DNA of 64,000 nt from an uncultured delta proteobacterium (GCA_963816145.1 CAWFJP010000003.1:512001-576000); one strand, 5' to 3'. Positions 19,809 to 29,843 are shown, numbered from the stretch's first letter. The notes: a model not told the origin generated them from the sequence alone. Numbers and translations are program-made.

Positions 19809-20426
19809 TTATTTCTTCGGAATTTCCATCCCCCGCTGCACTGCCGGCCGCTTGCCGATCTGATCGTACCAGCGTTTGACGTTAGGATAATCCTCCAGCG
19901 CCACGTGATGGCCCTCGTGACGCCACACCCAAGGGTAGGTCGCGATGTCAGCAATGGAATAGTTGCCGGCGAGGAATTCCCGCTGAGCCAACGCCTGATC
20001 GAGCACGTTATAGAGCCGCTTGGCTTCCTTGTGGAAACGTTCGATGGCGTAGGGAACCTTTTCTTCCAAGCGGAAAAAATAATTCGCTTGACCGAACATC
20101 GGCCCGACGCCGCCCATTTGAAACATCAACCATTGAATCACGGTATAGCGCTGCGCCATGTCGGCGGGCCAGAATTTGCCGGACTTCTCGGCGAGATACA
20201 TGAGTATCGCGCCGGACTCGAAAAGTTTGAACGGCTTGCCACCGGGGCCGTCGGTGTCGACGATGGCCGGGATCTTGTTGTTGGGATTGATCGCCAAATA
20301 TTCCGGCTTGAACTGATCGTTCTGGCCAATGTTGATGGCGTGGACTTCGTAGGGCAAACCAACCTCCTCCAACATGATCGAGGCTTTTTTTCCGTTGGGC
20401 GTGCCCCATGTGTAGAGTTGAATCAT
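19809..20426 (-). CDS. glutathione S-transferase, YfcG/nu class
   Basis: TPNG.K, INPNNKIPAIVD, FESGAI and WLMFQMGGVGPMFGQ motifs. Confidence 0.95.
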   Translation of the reverse strand: MIQLYTWGTPNGKKASIMLEEVGLPYEVHAINIGQNDQFKPEYLAINPNNKIPAIVDTDGPGGKPFKLFESGAILMYLAEKSGKFWPADMAQRYTVIQWLMFQMGGVGPMFGQANYFFRLEEKVPYAIERFHKEAKRLYNVLDQALAQREFLAGNYSIADIATYPWVWRHEGHHVALEDYPNVKRWYDQIGKRPAVQRGMEIPKK

Positions 20427-20429
20427 CGC

Positions 20430-21683
20430 TTAATTCCTTTCTGCATGTGCATCGACGGCTTTCCCCGCCGCCCAAACGATAAACACGGAAACGATCAGGC
20501 ATGCAAGCGAGGCCCAGAAAGCGACCGCGTAACTGTGAGTCATGTCGAAGAGAAAGCCACCTAGCCAAGCGCCGATAGCGCCGCCGAGCCCGATGCTAAA
20601 TGTGAAATAGCCGAAGATCGCGCCAAAATGTCTGCCGTGAAAAATATCGGCCGAAATCGCCGACAACACCAGCGCCCGGGAGCCCTGGCCGAGGCCGTAG
20701 CAGATCGCATAAGTATAAAGCAGCCACGGCATCGAAGCATCGTGCATCGCCAGCAAGGCGAAGATCCCGAAGGCGGAAATAATCTGCACCCAGGTAAACA
20801 CCATCTGGCGGTTCATCACGTCGGCAAGATAGCCGAAAAGAATCCGCCCGCCGATGCTGACCACGCCCATCAAACCGAAGATCGATGCGGCGAACACTTT
20901 GCTGTAGCCAACGTCCACCGCATGAGCGATTTGATGCGTGACAATGACTTGGTTGCCGAGGCTCGCCAAGGTGCGCGCGACGAACAGCAACCAGAACGCC
21001 GAATTGGTCAGCGCGCGCTTTACCGTCCAGTCCGCGCCCGTCACAGAGTGGCTTCCAGCCGCAGTCTCGACGCCTTGCGCGGATTCACCCGGCGCCGTGC
21101 GCGGCAGAAAATACAAAACCGGCGGAATGACCAGGAACGCCGTGATGACGGCGAGACCCAAGTAAGCCGGCGACCAGCCCCACCGATCGATCATCAACTG
21201 AGTCACCGGCACAAGCAGGACAATGCCGACGCCGCCGCCGGCCCAGGCGATCCCGAGAGCCGTGCCCTTGCGCTCAGGAAAGGTGCGCGTAATGATCGCC
21301 ACGTGCGGGACCATGCCGATCAGCGCGATGCCCGCGGCGCCGACGATGCCAATCCAAAAATACAGCTGCCAGATTGATGAAATCGTCGAAGCGAATCCGA
21401 GACCGGCCAGAAGCACGACACCGCCGAGTATCAATGTTTTGCGACCGCCGATGCGATCGATCAATCCGCCGGCATAGGGCAAACAAGCGCCTTCGAAAAT
21501 AATCGCCAACGAAATCGCCCCCGCCGTGGTCGCCCGGGACCACCCAAAGGCGTCGAGCATCGCGACGAAGAACACGCCAAAAGTACCGTGCAAGCCGCGC
21601 CCGACAGCGATGTGCAGGAAGGCCAAAGCTACGAGACCATACCGTTTCATCGCGGCGGAAGAAGAAGTGATTGCGTCGCTCAT
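20430..21683 (-). CDS. MFS transporter (OFA/MCT-like)
   Basis: FGWSRA, G.LIDRIG.R and G.LAD...R motifs; about 12 TM segments. Confidence 0.9.
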   Translation of the reverse strand: MSDAITSSSAAMKRYGLVALAFLHIAVGRGLHGTFGVFFVAMLDAFGWSRATTAGAISLAIIFEGACLPYAGGLIDRIGGRKTLILGGVVLLAGLGFASTISSIWQLYFWIGIVGAAGIALIGMVPHVAIITRTFPERKGTALGIAWAGGGVGIVLLVPVTQLMIDRWGWSPAYLGLAVITAFLVIPPVLYFLPRTAPGESAQGVETAAGSHSVTGADWTVKRALTNSAFWLLFVARTLASLGNQVIVTHQIAHAVDVGYSKVFAASIFGLMGVVSIGGRILFGYLADVMNRQMVFTWVQIISAFGIFALLAMHDASMPWLLYTYAICYGLGQGSRALVLSAISADIFHGRHFGAIFGYFTFSIGLGGAIGAWLGGFLFDMTHSYAVAFWASLACLIVSVFIVWAAGKAVDAHAERN

Positions 21684-21808
21684 GACAAGAAACCGTAAGG
21701 AATAACCCAAGTGAATCGGAAAGTCTATTTGCCGAGTTGAGTATCTTCGCTGTTATTGAAGTGACGCACGCTAACTTCAACGCGCCAAGGCATGATCTAA
21801 TTTGCGCC

Positions 21809-22603
21809 CTACTTCTTCATCTGGAACTCAAAGGTTACGTTGGTCACTTCGCCGGCTTTCACCTCGACGGATTGGGTCGTTTTGCCCAGGGATTCGTGCC
21901 ACACGTCCAAGCTGTATTTCCCCACCGGGACATTTTCCATCTTGAAATTGCCGTCGAGTGCAGTGACATCGAAAAACGGACTCTCGGTGACGACGATCCA
22001 GCCGCTCATCCAACCATGCACGTCGCAGCGCACCGAGATCACTTCCGGCTTGGTGAACTTCTCGCTGATCTCCTTCAGATACTTGGGCTGAGCCCGGTTG
22101 AACGGGGTATTTTTTTCGCTGAACGTATGGACATTGTGCAGGATGCCGTCGCTGTTTTTGATCTTCACGGTCGCGCCGACCGGCACGGCCAGCACATGCG
22201 GCGCGTATTCGCACTTGACCTGATCGAGGACCGCTTCTTTTGCGCTGCTCGGCGGCCCCAACAAGTCAACGATTTGAATCACGGCGTTTTTGACCTCGCC
22301 CTGAGCGCTAATAACCAATGCCGGGTCAAGCTTTGAGTCGCCGCAAACCTCTTGGTCTTTACCCATGGCGACTTTTCCCGCGGCATGGGCGCCCTTGAAA
22401 ATCACTTTTCCGGTAATCATACCGACACCATGACCCGGATTCGAATTGGTCGGCGCCGGAGTTGCCGGTGCCGCGGGAGCCGGCGCGGTTGCAGGCAATG
22501 GCTCGGCAGATTTGGCCGGCGCGCCGCTTCGGTCATTACCACAGCCCGCTGCCATGACCAGCAGGACAATAAATAGATGCTTGAACCAACGAGTAACCGT
22601 CAT
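21809..22603 (-). CDS. lipoprotein with cupredoxin-like and carboxypeptidase-regulatory-like domains
   Basis: Lipobox MAAGC, Pro/Ala linker, DQ..C.Y.PH, NSD..LHNVH, C.VH.WM and G.Y.L.VWHE. Confidence 0.8.
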   Translation of the reverse strand: MTVTRWFKHLFIVLLVMAAGCGNDRSGAPAKSAEPLPATAPAPAAPATPAPTNSNPGHGVGMITGKVIFKGAHAAGKVAMGKDQEVCGDSKLDPALVISAQGEVKNAVIQIVDLLGPPSSAKEAVLDQVKCEYAPHVLAVPVGATVKIKNSDGILHNVHTFSEKNTPFNRAQPKYLKEISEKFTKPEVISVRCDVHGWMSGWIVVTESPFFDVTALDGNFKMENVPVGKYSLDVWHESLGKTTQSVEVKAGEVTNVTFEFQMKK

Positions 22604-22652
22604 GACAAGCGCCTCCCTGCGCCCAATTACCAGACTTCAAACTCCGTTCAGG

Positions 22653-24077
22653 TCAATGAGCCGAAGCGCGCCGCTCGCCGCGCAGCGCCGACAGCAACAT
22701 CGCCATCAAGGCCATACAACCGCCGACCATGAAGCTAAAGTTCATCGAGCGCACGAACATCTCCGGGTTTGCGGCCGTCAGCGTCGCCGTCGCATCGCCG
22801 GTGAAGTAGCGAAACGACGCGGTCAAGAGCAATGTACCAAGCGAAACTCCAAACGTCGTCCCCAAACCAAACATTACATAAATCGCCCCGGTGGCGACGC
22901 CGCGATGCCGCGCCGGCACGGAAGTAATCATCGCGGTATGGTTCGAAGTGAAAAATAGTGAAGTCGCCAGCCCCCACAAACAGAGCACCAGCACCGCCGA
23001 CAACCAATGGGAATCGGTGCGCAAAAAGGAGCCGACGAAGCCGGCGCTGGCGAGAAACGAAATGCCCAGCGTCGCGGGCAAACGCGGACCGACTTTGTCG
23101 ACTGCCCAGCCGACCAGTGGCGACAGCGTCACAGTGAAGATCGGCGCGCTGACGAACAGCAAGCCGATGAAAGAAGGTTTCAGCTTGAGCACTTCTTGCA
23201 GGTAGAATGGCAAAACGAAGCCAATCATCACTTGGGCGACTCCAACCAATAAAAGCGCCAAGCCGCTCAGGGTAAACATGCGGATGCGGAACAAAGACAG
23301 ATCGAGGATCGGGCTCGGCGTCGTCTTCTCCCGATAAAGAAAAGCAATAAAAACGATGAGGAAGGCAATGACCAGAGCCACACGCAGCGCCGGCGCGAGC
23401 GACTCCATGATGCGATGATCGACGGCAGCGATCAATGCGATGGTCGCGCCGATCAGCAGCAACGCCCCCCAATAATCGACGCTGCGGTCGGCAACCGGTA
23501 CCGGCGGCGGGACATTGCCCTTGGCACGATTGACCAGCGTCAAAACCATGGCGCACATGGCGATGGGAATGAGAAAGAAAAAGATCGCGCGCCAGTGAAT
23601 ATAATCAATGATCAAGCCGCCGATGCTCGGGCCGATCAACACGCCCGTATGAAAAGCGGTTGTCATGAAACCCTGCGCCTTGCCGGAGGATTCCTTGGGC
23701 ATCGCTTCGAGCGCCAACGCCCGCCCCTGGGATTGGGTCATCGACGCGCCGACGCCCTGAAACACGCGAAAGATGATTAACTGAGTCACGTTCTGCGATA
23801 GCCCGCAGGCAAGGGCCGCCAATGACGAGACGATCAACCCTAGACCGAATAATGTGTGGCGGCCGTAGATATCGCCGATACGGCCGAAGATCAACGACAA
23901 GCTGATCTGGGAAATCTGATACGCGATCACCGCCCAAGAAATGCCGACGATGGTGGTTTCCAAGCTGTTGGCGATAGTCGGCAGCGACACCGCAAAGATC
24001 CGGCTCGAAGTGCCGGCGAGAAAATTTCCCAACGCGGCATTGCTCAAGAGCAACCAATTAATTTGTCCTTGGCTCAT
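22653..24077 (-). CDS. MFS transporter, DHA2/EmrB-QacA family
   Basis: VSLPTIA, GRIGDIYGR, RVFQGVG, GP.IGG, WRAIFF and P.LDLSLF motifs. Confidence 0.92.
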   Translation of the reverse strand: MSQGQINWLLLSNAALGNFLAGTSSRIFAVSLPTIANSLETTIVGISWAVIAYQISQISLSLIFGRIGDIYGRHTLFGLGLIVSSLAALACGLSQNVTQLIIFRVFQGVGASMTQSQGRALALEAMPKESSGKAQGFMTTAFHTGVLIGPSIGGLIIDYIHWRAIFFFLIPIAMCAMVLTLVNRAKGNVPPPVPVADRSVDYWGALLLIGATIALIAAVDHRIMESLAPALRVALVIAFLIVFIAFLYREKTTPSPILDLSLFRIRMFTLSGLALLLVGVAQVMIGFVLPFYLQEVLKLKPSFIGLLFVSAPIFTVTLSPLVGWAVDKVGPRLPATLGISFLASAGFVGSFLRTDSHWLSAVLVLCLWGLATSLFFTSNHTAMITSVPARHRGVATGAIYVMFGLGTTFGVSLGTLLLTASFRYFTGDATATLTAANPEMFVRSMNFSFMVGGCMALMAMLLSALRGERRASAH

Positions 24078-24472
24078 GACCAGTGCTGCGCGACAATCGC
24101 GATCGAGGTTTGCAAAATGGTTTCTACCTCCGCGACGGTAAACGCCCGAGTAGCCAACTCGGTGCGATAACGATGCAACGGCTGCAAGCGCTCAGCGTCG
24201 CTTGGCTGGAGCAAATTCGCCGCGACCGCCGCGGCGAGTAAACTCGTCAAGGTCGTTGCCGACCACTGAGATAGTTTCAAGCGCCGCTTCAACCAGTCCT
24301 CCACCGCCTGCCCGCACAAGACCACCACATCGGCGCCGGCCAAGTTCCCCGACGACCAACCGTCAAGCGCGCGGCCGAGCGTGCGAATCGCTTGACCCTC
24401 CGGCGAGTGATGGCCATGGATGCGTTCTCTCTCGGCAAGATTGGCGAACAGCGCTCGTGTATTGAGTTCCAT
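24074..24472 (-). CDS. hypothetical helical protein, possible degenerate HEPN/DUF4145-like domain
   Basis: CGQAVEDWLK and L..L..YR segments; ATGA overlap with the MFS gene. Confidence 0.6.
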   Translation of the reverse strand: MELNTRALFANLAERERIHGHHSPEGQAIRTLGRALDGWSSGNLAGADVVVLCGQAVEDWLKRRLKLSQWSATTLTSLLAAAVAANLLQPSDAERLQPLHRYRTELATRAFTVAEVETILQTSIAIVAQHWS

Positions 24473-24660
24473 GGGGAAACACCGAACCTATGTTTTGACA
24501 TAATTCACCGCGAAGATCACCCGGGCCAGAAAATAATCGGATTCGGATATTCCTCCCGCAGAGGTTCAAAACGTTCGCTGGTATTTGTATCTTTTGCTTC
24601 CGAACTTGGCGTCTTAACGCCTTTGCGGGGATATTCCGAATTCCGTTTGCCCCTGTCCCT

Positions 24661-24870
24661 CCTTAGAAAATACCTGTGCAGGTACAGTCTGGGCGACGAA
24701 TTGGCATGAGGCTTCCGTCATACCGGCGAAAGCTGGTACCCATCCCCTCACTCCCCTGGATGCCGGCCTTCGCCGGCATGACGAATCAAGGGAAGAACCA
24801 TACGATGGTAAAAGGACCACAATTTCATGCTCTGTAGGCGAGCGTATGCTAATGGACACTTCGTGGTGAA
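24661..24870. mobile_element. ~210-bp non-coding MITE-like element, copy 2
   Basis: Same orientation as and ~90% identical to 17706-17916. Confidence 0.7.
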
Positions 24871-24875
24871 AACTG

Positions 24876-24905
24876 TTGACACAACCACCGCGCGCTCACT
24901 AAGGT
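24876..24905 (+). promoter_or_regulatory. putative sigma70 promoter
   Basis: TTGACA-18 nt-TAAGGT, 35 nt upstream of the ATG at 24941. Confidence 0.5.
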
Positions 24906-24940
24906 AGCCGGCGAGATCAATTTCAATTGGAGGTCCGATC

Positions 24941-25906
24941 ATGGAACCACTACCGCGCGGCGCAAACTTTCAACGAGCTTTGATGCTATGGGAAATCGGC
25001 TTACACATTGCCGGCAACCCCAACACACCCTACTACGGCTCGCGCGATATATGCATCACCGTCGGCAGCGGCTCCAACGAAACCATCAAGCCTTGGTTGC
25101 GCATGTCCACCGGCTCGCCAATCCTGGCCCACGGGATTTGCCGCGGCGACCTTGAAGCGGCGATGATCAATCCGTCAGGACTCCTTACCCAAGCTCACCG
25201 CGGTACCGGGATTTTTCCCCAGCCGCTGCCGGTCCGCATCATCGCCGTTTATCCGTCGCTCGACCATTTTGTTTTCGTGATCCATCCGCGTATCGGGTTA
25301 AAGTCCCTGGCTGAAATCAAACAGAAAAAATATCCTCTGCGCTTATCGATCCGCGAGGACGCGACCCATTCGACCCGCGTGCTGGTCGATCAGACGCTCG
25401 CCGCATATGGCATGACGGTGAAAGATATCGAGTCCTGGGGCGGCAGCTTGCAATTGAACGGCGGCCCTGGCGACCAGCGCAGGCTGAAAGCAATCGCTGA
25501 CGATTCGATCGACGCGATATTCGATGAGGGCTTGCCGCTCTGGTTCGAGGCCGCCCTCGCCGCGGGAATGAAACCAATTGCGTTAGAAGACTACGCCTTC
25601 AAGTATTTGGTCGACGATCTCGGCTGGCGCCGCTACACGATCGCACCCGGCCGCTTCAAAGGCTTAAATCAGGAATACACCTGCATCGACTACAGCGGCT
25701 GGCCGATCTACACACGCGCGTCGTTGCCCGACGACGACGCCTATAAGATCTGCGACGCGATAGATGCCCGCAAAGAGCAAATGTTTTGGGAAGACTCTTA
25801 TACCGGCATCGGCCAGTTGGGCGAAAACACCGACGCCACGCCGCGCGATGTCCCGCTCCACCCCGGCGCGGAGAAGTGGTACCGCGAGCGTGGGTTCAAG
25901 GTCTAG
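24941..25906 (+). CDS. TAXI-family (TRAP solute receptor-like) protein lacking a signal peptide
   Basis: C-terminal VPLHPGAEKWYRE motif, IDAIF segment; GGAGG RBS. Confidence 0.8.
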   Translation: MEPLPRGANFQRALMLWEIGLHIAGNPNTPYYGSRDICITVGSGSNETIKPWLRMSTGSPILAHGICRGDLEAAMINPSGLLTQAHRGTGIFPQPLPVRIIAVYPSLDHFVFVIHPRIGLKSLAEIKQKKYPLRLSIREDATHSTRVLVDQTLAAYGMTVKDIESWGGSLQLNGGPGDQRRLKAIADDSIDAIFDEGLPLWFEAALAAGMKPIALEDYAFKYLVDDLGWRRYTIAPGRFKGLNQEYTCIDYSGWPIYTRASLPDDDAYKICDAIDARKEQMFWEDSYTGIGQLGENTDATPRDVPLHPGAEKWYRERGFKV

Positions 25907-27143
25907 CAGCGCTGCCCCGACGTTTCAGTTGCTCGCGCAACGCCGGCAGCGTCGGCACGATCGGGGCAAACTCCTGTGCGGTGTATTGAATCGCTTCGGG
26001 CTGCTTCAGCCCGTGGCCGGTGAGATGGCAGACCACGACTTCATCGCGGCCGATGGTTCCGTTCCCGCGCATTTTCTTGGCGGCGGCCACCGAAGTCGCC
26101 GCCGCTGGCTCGGCGAAAATTCCCGCCAGTCTCCCCGTCAGCGCTTGCGCTTCGAGTATTTCACCGTCACTTAACCCCACCGCGGTTCCCCGCGAATCGC
26201 GCAACGCCGCCAGGGCGCGATCGCCGAGCGCGCTGGGATTGCCCACCTGAATACTTTCAGCCACGGTCTCGCGGGCGTCGACCGCCGCGATCTCGACGCT
26301 CCCATGCGCCATCGCCGCAACGAACGGCGCCGCCGCTTCGCTCTGGGCCGCGACCAGCTTGGGCAACCGCTCGATCCAGCCGAGGGTCTGGAATTCCTTG
26401 AAGCCCTGCCACATACAAAATATCCCGGTGCCTCCGGCGGTTGGATGAATCACCCAATCGGGTAGCGCGCCATCCAGTTGATCGACCAGCTCGTAAGCAT
26501 AACTCTTCTTGCCGACACGATAGGGGTTGGACGATAGACAATCGTACCAGCCAAACTCCGCGACCGCCTTCTTATAAAGCTCCGCCACCTCGTAATCGAA
26601 GCGGCCATCGACGACGATGACGGTCGCGCCGTAGGCATGGGCTTGGATGATTTTAGAAGCGGCCGTGCCCTTCGGCACCATGACAATGCTCTGCATCCCG
26701 GCGGCAGCGGCATAGGCCGCTACCGAAGCCGCGGCGTTACCGGTGGAAATCACGCTGGCGGTGGCAAAGCCGAGCTCTTTGCCCACTGACATACCCACAC
26801 TGTTACTGCGATCTTTGAGGGAACCGGTCGGCAAAACGGTGTCGTTTTTCAAATATAAGTTGGCAATCCCAATCCTTGCGCCCAACCGCCGGGCAGGCAG
26901 CAACGGCGTACTGCCCTCGCCCAACGAAACGATCGACGCGCGATTTTCGACCGGGAGAAAATCAAACCAACGCCAGATCGACGAGTCGCGGCTCGACCGC
27001 ATGGCGGCAAATTCCGCGGCGGAAAGATGATCGATCGAAATCCTCACTTCAAGCACACAACGGCACACCGAACATCGAAACATAGCCTTCGATGTCGCGA
27101 GGGCGCGACATTTTGGACAACTTAACTCGATCAACTTAGCCAT
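25896..27143 (-). CDS. thrC: threonine synthase-like PLP enzyme
   Basis: N-terminal CxxC..CxxC, LGEGSTPL, PTGSLKDR (PLP Lys), STGNAAAS, AEPAAA and TGHGLK. Confidence 0.85.
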   Translation of the reverse strand: MAKLIELSCPKCRALATSKAMFRCSVCRCVLEVRISIDHLSAAEFAAMRSSRDSSIWRWFDFLPVENRASIVSLGEGSTPLLPARRLGARIGIANLYLKNDTVLPTGSLKDRSNSVGMSVGKELGFATASVISTGNAAASVAAYAAAAGMQSIVMVPKGTAASKIIQAHAYGATVIVVDGRFDYEVAELYKKAVAEFGWYDCLSSNPYRVGKKSYAYELVDQLDGALPDWVIHPTAGGTGIFCMWQGFKEFQTLGWIERLPKLVAAQSEAAAPFVAAMAHGSVEIAAVDARETVAESIQVGNPSALGDRALAALRDSRGTAVGLSDGEILEAQALTGRLAGIFAEPAAATSVAAAKKMRGNGTIGRDEVVVCHLTGHGLKQPEAIQYTAQEFAPIVPTLPALREQLKRRGSAARP

Positions 27144-27199
27144 GTCGCGCACACCTTCTAGCGATCGTTATTCGATGCCGATCCGAGTCGATTATTCCC

Positions 27200-27715
27200 T
27201 CACCCCACTCCCCCGCTCGATCCCGTTCGCCGTTCAATTTCACCGAGGGGTTTTTCCAACTCACCCTCGAGATCGCCGACGTCAAATCCGACGGCGCGGG
27301 CGCCGTCCAGGGTCGCGATGCAGATCATAACGAGATTCAAGCACTGCCGCGGCAATGGCTCGTCCGGATGGTCATAAAGAAAATGATCGACGCGCTGTTT
27401 AAGCATGAGAAAGTCGCGCAGACAGACCACTGACGGCAGATTCTCTACCGGACCGGAGTTCGCCGTCGATGGCGCGAAAGCGACGCCCCCGGGGTCGACC
27501 AGCGCGAGCTGAGTGCCATCGTCGAAGAGCAGAACCAGATAATTGCCTTGAGTCTCGGGATGAACTTTCTCTTCGTAGCCTGCCAGCGCCGGCCAATCGA
27601 TCTTCAGCCGCTTGCCTGAAGCGACATCCAAGAGTATCGCGCTGGTATCGTCGTAGAGGACCGCTTGCCGGTGGCCATCGGCCCAGAGACGCACCTTTTC
27701 TCTTGCTTGTTCCAT
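27200..27715 (-). CDS. conserved hypothetical protein
   Basis: 171-aa ORF with host-like codon usage and a globular-looking sequence; no motif assigned. Confidence 0.65.
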   Translation of the reverse strand: MEQAREKVRLWADGHRQAVLYDDTSAILLDVASGKRLKIDWPALAGYEEKVHPETQGNYLVLLFDDGTQLALVDPGGVAFAPSTANSGPVENLPSVVCLRDFLMLKQRVDHFLYDHPDEPLPRQCLNLVMICIATLDGARAVGFDVGDLEGELEKPLGEIERRTGSSGGVG

Positions 27716-27904
27716 CGCTCTCGTCTTAACACGCGACTACGGCTGCCCAAAGAAGTTTCATCGTAGCCGGTCGCAGACAACAATTAAACCAGATCGTTTC
27801 GTCGCCGGGGTTCAACCCCCGGCATGCGATGGCACTATTACTATTCTCGGGCCGCATAGTATGCTCGCCGTCAAATCTACTGTCACTGCCGATACCGTCG
27901 CACC

Positions 27905-28671
27905 ATGCCCACGTCCGGCCGTCCATTCTCGATCGACATCGGTTACCGTACAGTGCGCCGGCTGCTCTGCTGTTACCTATTGTTTATCGTTTACGCCTCG
28001 ATTAATCCATTCCATTTGAGTCTCGATCCAAACTTCATTCGCTGGCGCCTCGATATTTTCTTCTCGCGATCGCTGTTTCGCGGCGTTCAACCGTGGTCCG
28101 GCAGTGACGAAGCGGCAAAGCTAACGGTCGCCAACCAAACTTTTCATGCTGACAACCTCGTCTTTGCGCTGATCGGCGCAGCCGTAGGAGCAGCCATGGA
28201 GTTTCGCGTGCCTTACCGCAGTCTATCTAGTCGCCGGACTTGCTCGTTCCAACTGTTTTAACAGTTGCCCCTCTGCGATATTTCCAGATGGAACCCTTCG
28301 ATTGGATCTCACGCGGCGAGCTGCGCTGGAAGCTTCAGAAAATCGAATGGTTTTTCTTCGCCGCCTATTATTGGTCCGAAACGCGCGCAGTGTTTTTCGA
28401 TCTGCTCAATAAATTAAATCTGTCGATACCCATCGGTCAGTCGCTCTCAGCGCTCATGGCGCAAAAGTAACGCGAGCCGCGATTACATGCGGTCACAGTA
28501 GTAGCCCTTCTCGGCGCTATTTTCGAAGCCGGCCAGTTCGTCATCCGCTCGCGTACCCCTTCGGTGACCGATGTGTTAGTCATCGCGATTGGCGGATGGA
28601 TCGGCTGCCTCGCCGGACGATTGTATCAATCGAAAAAGGGGTTGAATGAACCGACAGCGCAGAATATCTAG
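27905..28671 (+). pseudogene. degraded VanZ-family membrane protein
   Basis: N-terminal Y..FIVYAS..PF; frameshift near 28240; internal TAA at 28468-28470; then VanZ C-terminus FEAGQFVIRSRTPSVTDV...IGGWIG, stop at 28669-28671. Confidence 0.7.
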
Positions 28672-28681
28672 GTTGCAAATG

Positions 28682-28711
28682 TTGACAAAAACTCAGCAGA
28701 GCGCTTATAGC
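28682..28711 (+). promoter_or_regulatory. putative sigma70 promoter
   Basis: TTGACA-17/18 nt-(T)TATAG upstream of an AAGGAGG RBS and the ATG at 28738. Confidence 0.45.
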
Positions 28712-28737
28712 CATTAAGACTTTACAAGGAGGGATCC

Positions 28738-28989
28738 ATGTTTGGACTCATCAGCGCCGTGATCGTCGGCTTTGTTGTCGGTGTAATCGCCAAATAGGTC
28801 ATGCCGGGAAAAGAAGATTTAGGTTTTGTCATGGCGGCCCTCTTCGGCATCGTCGGCTCGGTCGTTGCGACCTAAACCGGACAGATGATCGGCCGGTATC
28901 AAGGCGGCCACGGCGCCGGTTGAATCGGATCGACCATCGGTGCCTACATGGTTTTGTGGGGCTACTTGAAGGTCAAAAGCAAAGCTTAG
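28738..28989 (+). pseudogene. GlsB/YeaQ/YmgE (transglycosylase-associated) membrane protein with three in-frame stops
   Basis: Own translation: MFGLISAVIVGFVVGVIAK*VMPGKEDLGFVMAALFGIVGSVVAT*TGQMIGRYQGGHGAG*IGSTIGA... (TAG 28795, TAA 28873, TGA 28921). Confidence 0.85.
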
Positions 28990-29001
28990 CTTACGCTCAC
29001 G

Positions 29002-29397
29002 ATGCAATTGCCAATCTGCCGGCGCGATCGTTTAGCACCATCGCTTTATGTCATCGCGCTGGCAGTGATCATCGCCGTTGGTATTGGGCCAAGTTTCGCT
29101 CACGAGTCGAGCGTCAGCAATTCAGCCCAACTGCGCTTCGAAGATCTCCCAAAAAAAGCGCAAAAGACTCTGGGTCCGGTAAAGACGGACGGGCCATTCC
29201 CATACAAACGCGACGGCGTCACCTTTGGCAATTTCGAGGGCCGGCTGCCGCAAAAAGCGCGCGGCTACTACAAGGAATACACCGTACCGACACCCGGAGC
29301 AGGCGATCGCGGCGCGCGCCGAATTATCGCCGGTCGTAATGGCCAGTATTACTACACCGACGATCACTATAAGACCTTTCGCCGCATTCTGGAATGA
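29002..29397 (+). CDS. secreted guanyl-specific ribonuclease (RNase Sa/N1/barnase family)
   Basis: FPY.RDG.TFGN.EGRLP...GYY.EYTV.TPG...RGARRI...YYT.DHY.TF; N-terminal hydrophobic segment. Confidence 0.93.
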   Translation: MQLPICRRDRLAPSLYVIALAVIIAVGIGPSFAHESSVSNSAQLRFEDLPKKAQKTLGPVKTDGPFPYKRDGVTFGNFEGRLPQKARGYYKEYTVPTPGAGDRGARRIIAGRNGQYYYTDDHYKTFRRILE

Positions 29398-29843
29398 AGC
29401 CAATGGAATCTCTTTTCAGTCTCCTGCCGAACAGCAAACGCGCCGGCGTCTATCGCTCTAAAATCGCCTCTGATGAGATCGTTGCTGCGGCCCAGGCCGC
29501 CGGCCTGCGAGCTTACAAAATCGATCTCGCCAAAGCGCGCGGCAAACTCGGCCTATTCGATGGGCTTTCCAAAGCTCTCAAGTTCCCCGCCCACTTCGGG
29601 AAGAACTGGGACGCGCTCAACGATTGCTTGACGGATCTGGCGTGGCTTGACGACACGGGCTGGGTATTGATCTTAGTGAATGGCAAATCCTTCGCGGCAA
29701 AATACCAAGCCGATTTCGACATGGCGCTCGAATTATTTTACGGTGTGGCCGCCTGTTGGCAGGAAGACGGCAAACCGTTCTGGGTCATCGTGCAGGACCA
29801 ACCAGGCTGGACTGCGGAGCTGCCGGCTATTCGGCTCAGCTAA
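29394..29843 (+). CDS. barstar-family ribonuclease inhibitor
   Basis: L.FP.HFG.NWDALNDCLTDL motif; ATGA coupling to the RNase gene. Confidence 0.92.
   Translation: MKPMESLFSLLPNSKRAGVYRSKIASDEIVAAAQAAGLRAYKIDLAKARGKLGLFDGLSKALKFPAHFGKNWDALNDCLTDLAWLDDTGWVLILVNGKSFAAKYQADFDMALELFYGVAACWQEDGKPFWVIVQDQPGWTAELPAIRLS

Noticed and set aside
19602-20564. Long antisense ORFs (this 320-aa one; also 14264-15139, 20628-21377, 47740-48492, 61778-62557, 62687-63406)
   Set aside because: They lie opposite well-supported genes, as expected from codon bias in GC-rich DNA, and have no motifs
26505-26530. Apparent one-codon deletion in threonine synthase (NPYRVGKK versus the usual NPYRxEGKK)
   Set aside because: Cannot distinguish a real variant from a consensus error given the indel rate in this window
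28738-28989. Stop-codon recoding (Sec, Pyl or an alternative code) in the GlsB/YeaQ gene
   Set aside because: All three stop types occur, at non-catalytic positions, and all three terminate normal genes elsewhere in the window
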